In this document: one piece after another, positions 10,583 through 18,721 of the stretch
Layout: the number at the start of each line of letters is the position of its first letter
Position numbering within the stretch: the first letter of the stretch is position 1
NCBI GenBank assembly: GCA_028718325.1
Contig: JAQUMB010000001.1
Location: 1-63,429, forward strand
Direction: 5' to 3'
DNA: 63,429 nucleotides
Source of the DNA: Patescibacteria group bacterium
GTDB lineage: Bacteria; Patescibacteriota; CPR2; UBA1875; CAIMLA01
The notes under the pieces: generated by a model
What the model saw: only the letters and a program-made list of their open reading frames with translations
Told to the model about the DNA's origin: nothing
The model's database searches: none
Program-made: the position numbers and the translations under genes

Positions 10583-10976
10583 GGGGCTGTCAGGCTTCGA
10601 CGGAAGTACATTAAAATCAAAATGATGCAATTCGCGCTTGATTTTTACGCGATACCAAAAAAATCACTTGATAAGTGCAAAAACACTATCTAGCAAGATT
10701 GCTAATGCTTTCCGCATTAACACTTTTGCGCCAGCAGTAGCTTAATTGCTTTCTGCCATCCACCTTTATGAGGCTCGAATCGTGAAGATTGGGTGTTATA
10801 TATGTCGAGACGCTTTTTGGCGACGTTCCTAAGCCAGAACTAAGACTAAGGAAATAGGTCTATCAGGTTTTCTTGGAGTTTTTACTGATAAATCGAATTA
10901 TCAACTTCAAGTACAATTGCTAAAGTCGTTTTGATTTTTCTTTCGGACGTGGGTTCGACTCCCACCAGCTCCACCA
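10583..10976 (+). ncRNA. ssrA: tmRNA (transfer-messenger RNA)
   Basis: 5' end GGGGCTGTCAGGCTTCGACGG and 3' end GGACGTGGGTTCGACTCCCACCAGCTCCACCA form the tRNA-like domain. An internal in-frame tag runs 10677-10745 and reads ...AKTLSSKIANAFRINTFAPAVA-stop. Confidence 0.92.
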
Positions 10977-10980
10977 AAAG

Positions 10981-11020
10981 TAAGCAATAATAAAAAGCAG
11001 CAGAAATTGCTTATTTTTTT
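10981..11020 (+). terminator. intrinsic terminator after ssrA
   Basis: Stem TAAGCAAT/ATTGCTTA followed by a T7 run. Confidence 0.6.
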
Positions 11021-11036
11021 ATGGAAAGGAGAAAAT

Positions 11037-12218
11037 ATGAAAATTTTATTTTTGGAACAACAGCCATGCATCAGGGCTCTCAAATATGCGCTTGGGTTGA
11101 AGAAACATGGAGATTACAATCTGACTTTTGGTTATACAGGAAGATCCTTAACCGATCTATACGGTTATGGGGATGAATTATTTGATAAGATGATACATCT
11201 CCGATTAGATGATGACAGTTTACTCGAGTTGATAAGATCGGATAATTTTGATCTCATTCATAGCCACAATGCTCCGGATTATCTTACTGTCAGCGCTATA
11301 GAATTAATGTCAAAAAATAAAATCAAAATTCCAATTATACATGATAATCACGATGTCATAAGTATGCGAAAAACCCTTTACTCTTCTCATGATGAATATA
11401 ATCAGAAAAAAGCCCTGGAGTGTGAGAAAATCGCTAATACATATGCGGATGCAAGGATAAATGTTACAGAAGGGCTGGCAGAATATGTAATTAATAAATA
11501 TCCGTCAAAAGGACCATCTCTTACATTTAATAATTATGTTCCGGAAGATCTTATCCCAAAAAAACTTTTACCAAAGCTATCAAACACAGATGGCGAAATG
11601 CATTTGATCTATGAGGGGACAATAGATGCCACTCGAAGTGGCGGACATTATGATTTGCTAGAAATGTTTAAAAATATTGCAAAACAAAAGATCCACTTAC
11701 ATATATATACGACTCGAGATGTCCCAGAATATGTCAAGCTAGCAGAAACTAACGATTATGTCCATTTCCATGGCAGCAAACCAACAAAAGCATTGTTAGA
11801 GGAAATTTCTCAATATGATTTTGGCTGGGCTGGGTTTAATGATGAAAAAAATAAGGATCACCTGGACGTGGTTTTGGCAAATAAGGTTATGGAATATATT
11901 GCGTCTGGTCTCCCAATCATTACTTTGAATCATAAAACTCAAGCAAAATTTATTAATGATACAGGATTAGGCTTAGTAGTAGAGGATATCAAGGATTTAA
12001 AAAGTACGATTAATTCAAGCGACACTAACAAACTCAACGGATTAGTACTTTCATATCGTTATAAATATACAATTGAGGCAAATATACATGAGGTGATCGA
12101 TTTCTATAATTTAGTTTTGTCAAATTACAACCAAGATTTAGCAACAAAAAATCACGTTTACCCAAAATTCATAGAATCTCTGCTTCATTCCTCTATCTCA
12201 CTTGCTGAAATACTATGA
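11037..12218 (+). CDS. glycosyltransferase (GT-B, GT1/GT4-like)
   Basis: MKILFLEQQP N-terminus. C-terminal nucleotide-sugar-binding-like VMEYIASGLPIIT. RBS AAAGGAG lies 7 nt upstream of ATG 11037. Confidence 0.7.
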   Translation: MKILFLEQQPCIRALKYALGLKKHGDYNLTFGYTGRSLTDLYGYGDELFDKMIHLRLDDDSLLELIRSDNFDLIHSHNAPDYLTVSAIELMSKNKIKIPIIHDNHDVISMRKTLYSSHDEYNQKKALECEKIANTYADARINVTEGLAEYVINKYPSKGPSLTFNNYVPEDLIPKKLLPKLSNTDGEMHLIYEGTIDATRSGGHYDLLEMFKNIAKQKIHLHIYTTRDVPEYVKLAETNDYVHFHGSKPTKALLEEISQYDFGWAGFNDEKNKDHLDVVLANKVMEYIASGLPIITLNHKTQAKFINDTGLGLVVEDIKDLKSTINSSDTNKLNGLVLSYRYKYTIEANIHEVIDFYNLVLSNYNQDLATKNHVYPKFIESLLHSSISLAEIL

Positions 12219-12338
12219 TATTGTCCTTTACTTGTATGCCTTCGCCATCAATCTGAGTTAGTTGGCGTTAATTAATCTAATTATTCTCTTTCTACTTTTT
12301 ACTTTTAGTTTTTTACTTTAATATATATTTGGAGGGTT

Positions 12339-13256
12339 ATGGAAAAATCAGAGATCCGAAAGGATTATTTTCAAGAAAAATATGTAATTGTGGCGCCCAA
12401 GAGAGCAAAGAGACCACACAAAGTTTTGATCAAGGAAGAAGATCAAGTCACTCTGTGCCATTTTTGTCCCGACCAAATCGAAAAAGAGTCTATCATTTCT
12501 AAAACATCTAGCCATGAAAATGGTTGGGATGTCTTAGTTATTAACAATAAATTTCCCGCCTTGATCGAAGACAACCCGAGAGCTTTTGGTAAGCAAGAGG
12601 TTGTGATTGAAACCCCCGAACATAATAAGGAAATTCACGAATTATCGATTGAGCATATTGAAAAAATTATTGATACCTATATAGACCGGTTTGACACCTT
12701 AAGCAAAATAAAAGGTGTCCGGTATGTGATTGTGTTCAAAAATGAGGGAGGAAAAGCGGGCGCGTCAATCGCTCATGCTCATTCTCAAGTTGTTGCCCTT
12801 CCTCTTCTTCCTCCGGATATTAAGGAAGAATATCAAAGCTACGGCAACTATCAGGTAGAAAACGGGACTTGTCCTTACTGCGATGTTATCAAAAAAGAAA
12901 CGGGGAAAAGCCGTGTTATCTGGGAAAATGAACATTTTTTTGTGGTCTCCCCCTTTGCCAGTCAATTCCCTTATGGAGCCTGGTTTTTGCCAAAGAGACA
13001 CTTCAAAACTATGAATGAAATGACTGTAGGAGAGAAAAAGTCTTTGGCCACTGCTCTCAAAGTACTTCTAGCGAAATTAGATCAGATAGATACAGCCTAT
13101 AATTATTTCTTCCATAACTCTGCTAACGGCGAGGACTATCACATGCACCTGAAATTAGAGCCTCGACCAAATATCTGGGCTGGATTAGAACTAGGGACCG
13201 GCGTTGTTATCAATCCCGTTCCACCAGAAGACGCTGCTAAATTTTATCGACAATAA
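12339..13256 (+). CDS. GalT-family nucleotidyltransferase (galactose-1-phosphate uridylyltransferase / ADP-glucose phosphorylase-like, HIT superfamily)
   Basis: Zinc motif CHFCPD and active-site HxHxQ (AHAHSQV). Length and order of motifs fit the GalT family. Confidence 0.8.
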   Translation: MEKSEIRKDYFQEKYVIVAPKRAKRPHKVLIKEEDQVTLCHFCPDQIEKESIISKTSSHENGWDVLVINNKFPALIEDNPRAFGKQEVVIETPEHNKEIHELSIEHIEKIIDTYIDRFDTLSKIKGVRYVIVFKNEGGKAGASIAHAHSQVVALPLLPPDIKEEYQSYGNYQVENGTCPYCDVIKKETGKSRVIWENEHFFVVSPFASQFPYGAWFLPKRHFKTMNEMTVGEKKSLATALKVLLAKLDQIDTAYNYFFHNSANGEDYHMHLKLEPRPNIWAGLELGTGVVINPVPPEDAAKFYRQ

Positions 13257-13263
13257 AAATATT

Positions 13264-13296
13264 AAAAAGTACCCTCTTTGGAGGGTACTTTTTTTG
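13264..13296. terminator. bidirectional intrinsic terminator between convergent genes
   Basis: AAAAAGTACCCTC-TTTG-GAGGGTACTTTTTTT, a hairpin flanked by A and T runs. Confidence 0.7.
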
Positions 13297-13322
13297 TTTC
13301 TATTTTTGTCCAGACAAAAATA

Positions 13323-14000
13323 TTATTTCTTTGGTAACTGTTTGCGAAGACTTGCAATCAAATCAGCAGCTGCATCTTTTCCGCCAAGACCAAAGGCAAT
13401 AGCCCCAGCCAAGACAAAGAAATAGATAAATCCCTGCCATAATGACAACAGCATATCTTCAGCAATCCCAAGTTGGATCAAAGCTGCAAATGCCGCAAAT
13501 ACAACAACTGCCCATTTGGCAATAGTGCCAAGAACGTCTGAAGCTTTCGTACCGATAGTAATAGCAGTAGTTCTCACTACTCTATCCGCTAGGTCAGCGA
13601 TAACAAAACCGACCAACATAATGACAACGGCAATCACTACATTAGGAATGTAGTGTAGGATACCGACCAATACTGTGTTTACTGCTTCAAGATTAAGGAT
13701 ATCAAAGGCTGGAATCAAAAAAACAATAATAATTGTCCACTGTGCAATATCTCCTAGCAATGAGGCAAACCCAATATCAGTTGGGAAAACTTTATCAAGG
13801 CCGACTGAATCAGTATATTTTTTGACCTTGATGAAGCCTAAAGCTTTGACGATAACTGTCTTTACTGCCCAAGCTACCAACACACCAATCAAGATAACAA
13901 CTAGGGCTGCGATAACCCGTGGAATAAAACCAACTGAAGTTGACAACGAATCCCGAACGCTAGTTGTGGTTGTGGTTAACCATTCATTCATTTTTTTCAC
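13323..14000 (-). CDS. membrane protein with repeated 'conserved TM helix' segments (mechanosensitive-channel-associated family)
   Basis: 225-aa polytopic ORF with internally repeated TM hairpins. Family-level guess. Confidence 0.6.
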   Translation of the reverse strand: MKKMNEWLTTTTTSVRDSLSTSVGFIPRVIAALVVILIGVLVAWAVKTVIVKALGFIKVKKYTDSVGLDKVFPTDIGFASLLGDIAQWTIIIVFLIPAFDILNLEAVNTVLVGILHYIPNVVIAVVIMLVGFVIADLADRVVRTTAITIGTKASDVLGTIAKWAVVVFAAFAALIQLGIAEDMLLSLWQGFIYFFVLAGAIAFGLGGKDAAADLIASLRKQLPKK

Positions 14001-14140
14001 CTCCTCTCAATGTATTTCAGAAGCAACCCTCCGTGCTTCATAATCTAAGATTAGCATAACCCAAAGAGCCCTGTCAAAGCAGATGTCAAGAGTTTTTCCT
14101 TGAAAATCAAGCTTATATTTGCTACACTTTAAGCTGTTTT

Positions 14141-14217
14141 GGGCTCGTAGCTCAGCTGGTTAGAGCGTCGCGTTGACATCGCGGAGGTCTGCAGTTCGAT
14201 CCTGCACGAGCCCACCA
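14141..14217 (+). tRNA. tRNA-Val (anticodon GAC), CCA encoded
   Basis: Cloverleaf folds by hand. Acceptor GGGCTCG/CGAGCCC, anticodon loop TTGACAT, T-loop TTCGATC. Confidence 0.95.
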
Positions 14218-14293
14218 TTATTTTATTTAGTCATATTAGGTTTACTCACACATTCCTCAAATTAAACATATTTGCCATATCTTAAGAAAACAC

Positions 14294-14322
14294 TTGACAA
14301 ATATAATGTTTTGTGATATTAT
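14294..14322 (+). promoter_or_regulatory. consensus sigma70-type promoter of the GC-rich gene
   Basis: TTGACA (14294-14299), 17 nt, TATTAT (14317-14322). It is nearly identical to the promoter at 49149-49177. Confidence 0.6.
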
Positions 14323-14391
14323 ATTAGCCGTAACAAAAAAGTTAAGTACCTTTTTAGATCATATAATCTTCACACGCCCAAGGAGGCTGTC

Positions 14392-14874
14392 ATGCGCCAG
14401 TCCAAGACCATCGTGGCCATCATCGTGGCCGTTGTGATCGTCGGTGCCATGGCGGTCTTCGCCATCGCCATGACGTTCAGCTCGTTCAACCGTGTTGACA
14501 CGGTTGAGAAGCAGACCAAGGACATCACCACGCAGATCAAGACCGTCGACCAGAAGGTCGACGTCGTTGGTCAAAAGGTTGAGGAACTGGCAAAGACACC
14601 AGCCTCTAACCCCGAGCCAGCAGTCGCCGTTCTGCAGATTACACAAGATTTGCAGAATCTGCAGACCAAGGCCGAGCAGAACCTCGGCATTGAGTTCAGC
14701 GAGGTCCAGAGTGTCCTCGACAGTATGAGGTCTGTTTGGCCTCAGCTGAACAAGAGCCAGAGAGAGAAGCTCATGAAAGCCTTTTTCTACACCTTCAGCG
14801 GCACAAAAGTGCTGAGGGGGTTCTCCTCGGCTCAAACAGACTCCGTCTGGGCAATCGTTGACGAACTGATGTGA
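14392..14874 (+). CDS. membrane-anchored coiled-coil protein, unknown function, foreign GC-rich composition
   Basis: RBS AAGGAGG lies 7 nt upstream of the ATG. N-terminal TM is TIVAIIVAVVIVGAMAVFAIAMTF. 36 G+C of 60 nt at 14401-14460. A promoter lies upstream and a terminator downstream. Confidence 0.75.
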   Translation: MRQSKTIVAIIVAVVIVGAMAVFAIAMTFSSFNRVDTVEKQTKDITTQIKTVDQKVDVVGQKVEELAKTPASNPEPAVAVLQITQDLQNLQTKAEQNLGIEFSEVQSVLDSMRSVWPQLNKSQREKLMKAFFYTFSGTKVLRGFSSAQTDSVWAIVDELM

Positions 14875-14903
14875 CCTACCGCGGTCAATAAACGACCGCC
14901 TAA

Positions 14904-14941
14904 GGGCGGGATTGTGTAGCAATACACACTCCCGCCCTTTT
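14904..14941 (+). terminator. intrinsic terminator
   Basis: GGGCGGGATTGTGTA-GCAA-TACACACTCCCGCCC followed by TTTT. Confidence 0.75.
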
Positions 14942-15022
14942 CTATTCTCTTAAAACCCTTGCATTGTTTTTTCACTATATGTCATAATTATCATAAGAAT
15001 AAAAATAAAAAGTGAGGGACAC

Positions 15023-16312
15023 ATGGCAGTAAAAAAATCTTCTGTAATAAAGAAGAAGTCTACGAATGTTAAGAAAAAAAAGTTTTCTCCAGGACTTAAG
15101 AATAAACCAAAATTTTCGTTAGTAATGTTGTCTATCCTTGTTGTAGCGCTGGCTATTCCGGGGATTTATTTAATTTATAACTCAAGGGCAGCGACAACTG
15201 TTGCAGGCGATCCGGAACCAGCACTAGAGCCAGAAGTGTCTGCAGGGGTAACGGCACCAGATGACACTACTGAACTTGCTAAGATGGGAGCAGGACCACT
15301 CGCAGCAAAAGAAACCGTGAACAATAATGCCTTTGGCACATCTACCCCTTGGAGGACTTCAACCGACAAAAATACTTATAACAATGCTCTGTTTTGGAAA
15401 GGTGCTAGTACCGCCAGCAAAAGTTCTTGCGTCTTAGGCACCTTTTCCGCCACATCAAAAAAAGCTTTAATTGTTAACCAACATTATGTCCAATTCAAAA
15501 ATACAGGGTCAAATGCAAATTACTTTATTTTGATACCTGATTATCAAATAAATGGAGGTTCTCCGAGATATACAAACCTAGAGCGACATATACCTGGTTT
15601 TTATACCAAAACAAATAATGCCAAGTATAAATTTGTTGCTGACAGCAAAAGCAATTCGCAAGGATATACAAACTACACAGCCAGACTTTCGGGTTACTAT
15701 CTGTACAAGACTCAAACCATGATAGCTCCAGCAACCGGTACGACCCCAGCCAAGTGGCAGTATAAACTTTATAGAATTAAGTGTGGAGCCAAAAAAGTCA
15801 CAAACATTTATGCTCCGAAGGCTGTTGATGGTGAAGCTTTAAAAAACAAAGCCGTTTCGCAAATCGGTACCAAAGAAGATCCATCAGGCTCAAATTGTGG
15901 GGCTAAGGTTAAACAATACGAAGCGGCTGGAGGACTTTCTTGTGGTCAACCTTGGTGTGCTGCCTTCGCATCTTGGGTATATACTAATACAAACTTTAAG
16001 ATACAAAATAAACCAGCCTTAAAGGAACCAGGCGCCGGACAAATGCAGGCAAGACTAGAGAATTCGGCCTTTAAAAGATATGTAGTTGTTAAACAAGTTA
16101 AATGTGGAAATTATGATTTCCAACCTGGAGATATTCTAATTAGGCATCCCTGGCAAGATGATGGACATGTCGGGATGGTCCGATCCTACTCTGGTGGCGT
16201 ACTAAAGACAATTGAAGGAAATGCTAGTGATATGGTTAAACAGAACGTTTATAAAGGTAGCGAGATATGTCAAAACTGGCAATTCTATGGTGATTGGAGA
16301 AAGTGGAATTAA
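15023..16312 (+). CDS. secreted/anchored CHAP-domain peptidoglycan hydrolase
   Basis: Lys-rich N-terminus plus TM (LVMLSILVVALAIPGIYLIY). The C-terminal CHAP signature has a catalytic Cys in GQPWCAAFASWVY and a His in DDGHVGMV. Confidence 0.82.
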   Translation: MAVKKSSVIKKKSTNVKKKKFSPGLKNKPKFSLVMLSILVVALAIPGIYLIYNSRAATTVAGDPEPALEPEVSAGVTAPDDTTELAKMGAGPLAAKETVNNNAFGTSTPWRTSTDKNTYNNALFWKGASTASKSSCVLGTFSATSKKALIVNQHYVQFKNTGSNANYFILIPDYQINGGSPRYTNLERHIPGFYTKTNNAKYKFVADSKSNSQGYTNYTARLSGYYLYKTQTMIAPATGTTPAKWQYKLYRIKCGAKKVTNIYAPKAVDGEALKNKAVSQIGTKEDPSGSNCGAKVKQYEAAGGLSCGQPWCAAFASWVYTNTNFKIQNKPALKEPGAGQMQARLENSAFKRYVVVKQVKCGNYDFQPGDILIRHPWQDDGHVGMVRSYSGGVLKTIEGNASDMVKQNVYKGSEICQNWQFYGDWRKWN

Positions 16313-16322
16313 CCTTGTTTAT

Positions 16323-16357
16323 AAAAAAAACGACATCCATTGGGTGTCGTTTTTTTA
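16323..16357 (+). terminator. intrinsic terminator
   Basis: A-run, stem ACGACA/TGTCGT, T7 run. Confidence 0.7.
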
Positions 16358-16466
16358 GTCAGGACAAATCCTTAATTCAAATGTATAATAATTATATTAT
16401 GTTACTGCCCTCGTGGTGAAATTTCCGCCAAAGGCGGATCAGCCTCTGGCCGAGGTTAAAAAATAT

Positions 16467-16553
16467 GGGCGAATGGCGGAACTGGTAGACGCGCTACGTT
16501 CAGGTCGTAGTAAGAGCAATCTTGTGGAGGTTCGAGTCCTCTTTCGCCCACCA
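16467..16553 (+). tRNA. tRNA-Leu (anticodon CAG), class II long variable arm, CCA encoded
   Basis: Acceptor GGGCGAA/TTCGCCC, anticodon loop TTCAGGT, T-arm GGAGG-TTCGAGT-CCTCT. Confidence 0.95.
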
Positions 16554-16561
16554 GAAGAAAA

Positions 16562-17098
16562 ATGATCATAGGAATTTCAGGCACAAATTCATCAGGCAAA
16601 GATACCGTTGCTAAATATATAGAGAGCAAAGGATTTTTTCATGTGTCTTTATCCGACATAATACGTGAGGAGATGGGCAAGGAAAACATAGGAATCAACC
16701 GTGATAATATGATTGCTTTTTCAAATGACTTTGGCCAAGCACATGGGGCTGAAATATTAGCCAAAATGGCATTTGAACGATATGGAAATCTGGATAAATT
16801 AGTTATTTCAAGTGTTCGAAAACCAGCTGAGGTTGATTTTTTTCACTCTATCCCCGACTTTAAATTAATCTTCGTCGACGTTCCGGCAGAAATTCGTTAT
16901 GACCGAATGCTAAAGCGCGGACGAGAAGGCGAAGATATATTATCTTTTGAAGATTTCAGGACATTACAAGAGAAGGAAATGAATGGCACAAATTCGCAAA
17001 ATTTGTCGTACTGTAAAGAAAAAGCAGATTATGTAATAAACAATTCAAATACCATAAATATTCTGTATGAGAAAATCGACGAAATAATAGAGAAATAA
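16562..17098 (+). CDS. P-loop nucleotide/nucleoside kinase (dephospho-CoA-kinase-like / dNMP-kinase-like)
   Basis: 178 aa. Walker A GISGTNSSGKDT at the extreme N-terminus, with size and layout of adenylate-kinase-fold kinases. Confidence 0.7.
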   Translation: MIIGISGTNSSGKDTVAKYIESKGFFHVSLSDIIREEMGKENIGINRDNMIAFSNDFGQAHGAEILAKMAFERYGNLDKLVISSVRKPAEVDFFHSIPDFKLIFVDVPAEIRYDRMLKRGREGEDILSFEDFRTLQEKEMNGTNSQNLSYCKEKADYVINNSNTINILYEKIDEIIEK

Positions 17099-17122
17099 AT
17101 TTTTATGAGATAGAATATCAAT

Positions 17123-17713
17123 ATGCTAGAAAAAACACCCATCAAAAATATGTACGATTTAGATGTTCCTCTAATCTTTACAGACGGAACTGATTTTTTT
17201 AAGAAACTTTCTAAAGAATATATTGTTCATGAAACTGGTTTTTTTATACTAGCCCCCTCTGGTGCAGGCAAAACTCACTATATTAACCATCAGAAAGTGA
17301 GAAATTGGATTGATGGCGATATGCTTTGGGAGGGCGCAAATGCCCATCCTAGACCAGGCTGGTGGCTTGAAAATAACGACGTGATAAAACGCGTAGACAC
17401 ACAAAGTGATATTATCACTGTGCAAGCGAAAAAGCTTGGTTTTTGGGTTATGGGAGCCTCGAATAATTGGCTTAGACCCGATGCTATCGTTTTGCCTCAT
17501 TGGACTACCCATAAAAAATATATCAAATACAGAGAAAATAATAATTATGATGGAGGAGCAAAATCGGACAATTTTGATCAAGTTCTCGGCCATCGAAACG
17601 TTATCGAGTCCTGGGCAAAAAAAGGTGTACCAAAATTTAAGTCGATAGAGGAAGCTGCGGATTATTTAGCGGAACAAAAGAATAACCAAAAAGGAGAGAC
17701 ACAGAATGAGTGA
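17123..17713 (+). CDS. small P-loop NTPase/kinase-like protein, unknown function
   Basis: 196 aa. Walker A APSGAGKTHY. I recognise no other motif. Confidence 0.6.
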   Translation: MLEKTPIKNMYDLDVPLIFTDGTDFFKKLSKEYIVHETGFFILAPSGAGKTHYINHQKVRNWIDGDMLWEGANAHPRPGWWLENNDVIKRVDTQSDIITVQAKKLGFWVMGASNNWLRPDAIVLPHWTTHKKYIKYRENNNYDGGAKSDNFDQVLGHRNVIESWAKKGVPKFKSIEEAADYLAEQKNNQKGETQNE

Positions 17714-18611
17714 ACTAGAGAGATCAGGCCAAGCCTCAGGTGGAGACGTAAGAGTTAGTGAAGGCTCCAGCCCTGAGAAACATCCAAATATTGAGAGAAG
17801 TGACTTAACTCCAAGAGAGATAGGTCCCGGTGAAACAGAGATAATTTTCCAAAGACACGGTAAATACGAAAGGGATAAAGAAAGTGATCAGGCTGGGAAA
17901 TTAACAGAAACAGCCCGAGAAAAAGAAGCAAGGGCCGACGAAGACTTTATCCGAAAACAGCTAGAGAATGTTCCCGAAGAAGAAAGAGGAAAGGTTCGAT
18001 TCCTCTTTGTTGGTAGTGACACAAAATACCAAGAAGGACAAAGAAGTCTAGAGACTTCCAACATTTTTCTCGATACAACCCGCAAAATACTGGGAGAGTA
18101 TGGCCTCGATCAGAGTCAAGTCCTGAACAACTCTCCACATATAAAGGGTGGCGAAGAAACTCGACCTATGTCATTGATTCGAGAACCAAAAATGTTCGAT
18201 GAATCCTGGGATTATGTTCAATTTTTAAAAGAAAAATATGACAAGGACGGAGAAGGCCTAGGAAAGGGTTTTTGGGTTGCCTTCGAGGAGGATGTGGAGA
18301 AAGAAGAACGAGAAAAAAGAGGAGCTGAGGGCCCAGATGGTCTTGCTGATCGACTACAAAGATCGCTTGCAATATTTTCTAGGTTTGCTCGTTTTTATCA
18401 CTCTAAACACGAAGACGAAAGATTAATCATTGTTGCAACTACTCATTACGATACAATAAGCCCATTTGTGAAAAGAGAGGTTTATCGGTCAGATATGAGA
18501 GATTATGTTGGCGTAGATTATGGCTCTGGAATTGTTATAAAACAAGATCGAGTAGGTCGAGTAGACACAATTATAGGTGGTAGAAAGTATATGTTACCTG
18601 AACAAGTTTAG
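17706..18611 (+). CDS. histidine phosphatase (phosphoglycerate-mutase-like) superfamily protein with acidic disordered N-terminus
   Basis: RHG motif (IIFQRHGKYE) and a distal His (ATTHYD). It overlaps the upstream gene by 8 nt. Confidence 0.65.
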   Translation: MSELERSGQASGGDVRVSEGSSPEKHPNIERSDLTPREIGPGETEIIFQRHGKYERDKESDQAGKLTETAREKEARADEDFIRKQLENVPEEERGKVRFLFVGSDTKYQEGQRSLETSNIFLDTTRKILGEYGLDQSQVLNNSPHIKGGEETRPMSLIREPKMFDESWDYVQFLKEKYDKDGEGLGKGFWVAFEEDVEKEEREKRGAEGPDGLADRLQRSLAIFSRFARFYHSKHEDERLIIVATTHYDTISPFVKREVYRSDMRDYVGVDYGSGIVIKQDRVGRVDTIIGGRKYMLPEQV

Positions 18612-18721
18612 AATAGAGAAAAACATTGGAGAAACAATCTAATAATTTATTGAGCAGCTCCAACTATTTTTTCATCTATTGTTTAATGATATTTCTTTTT
18701 ATGCTAGAATATTAAATATAT

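Noticed and set aside
14359-14922. 187-aa minus-strand ORF covering the whole GC-rich gene at 14392-14874.
   Set aside because: It is antisense to an ORF that has an RBS, promoter, TM helix and terminator. Long antisense ORFs are expected in GC-rich DNA. Its product is low-complexity (runs of D, G, H, L) and it has no RBS.
16401-16466. A GC-rich nested hairpin (CCTCG...CCGCC-AAA-GGCGG...CGAGG) between a TGTATAAT box and tRNA-Leu. I considered a tRNA fragment or small RNA.
   Set aside because: No cloverleaf can be drawn. It is most simply a structured tRNA precursor leader.
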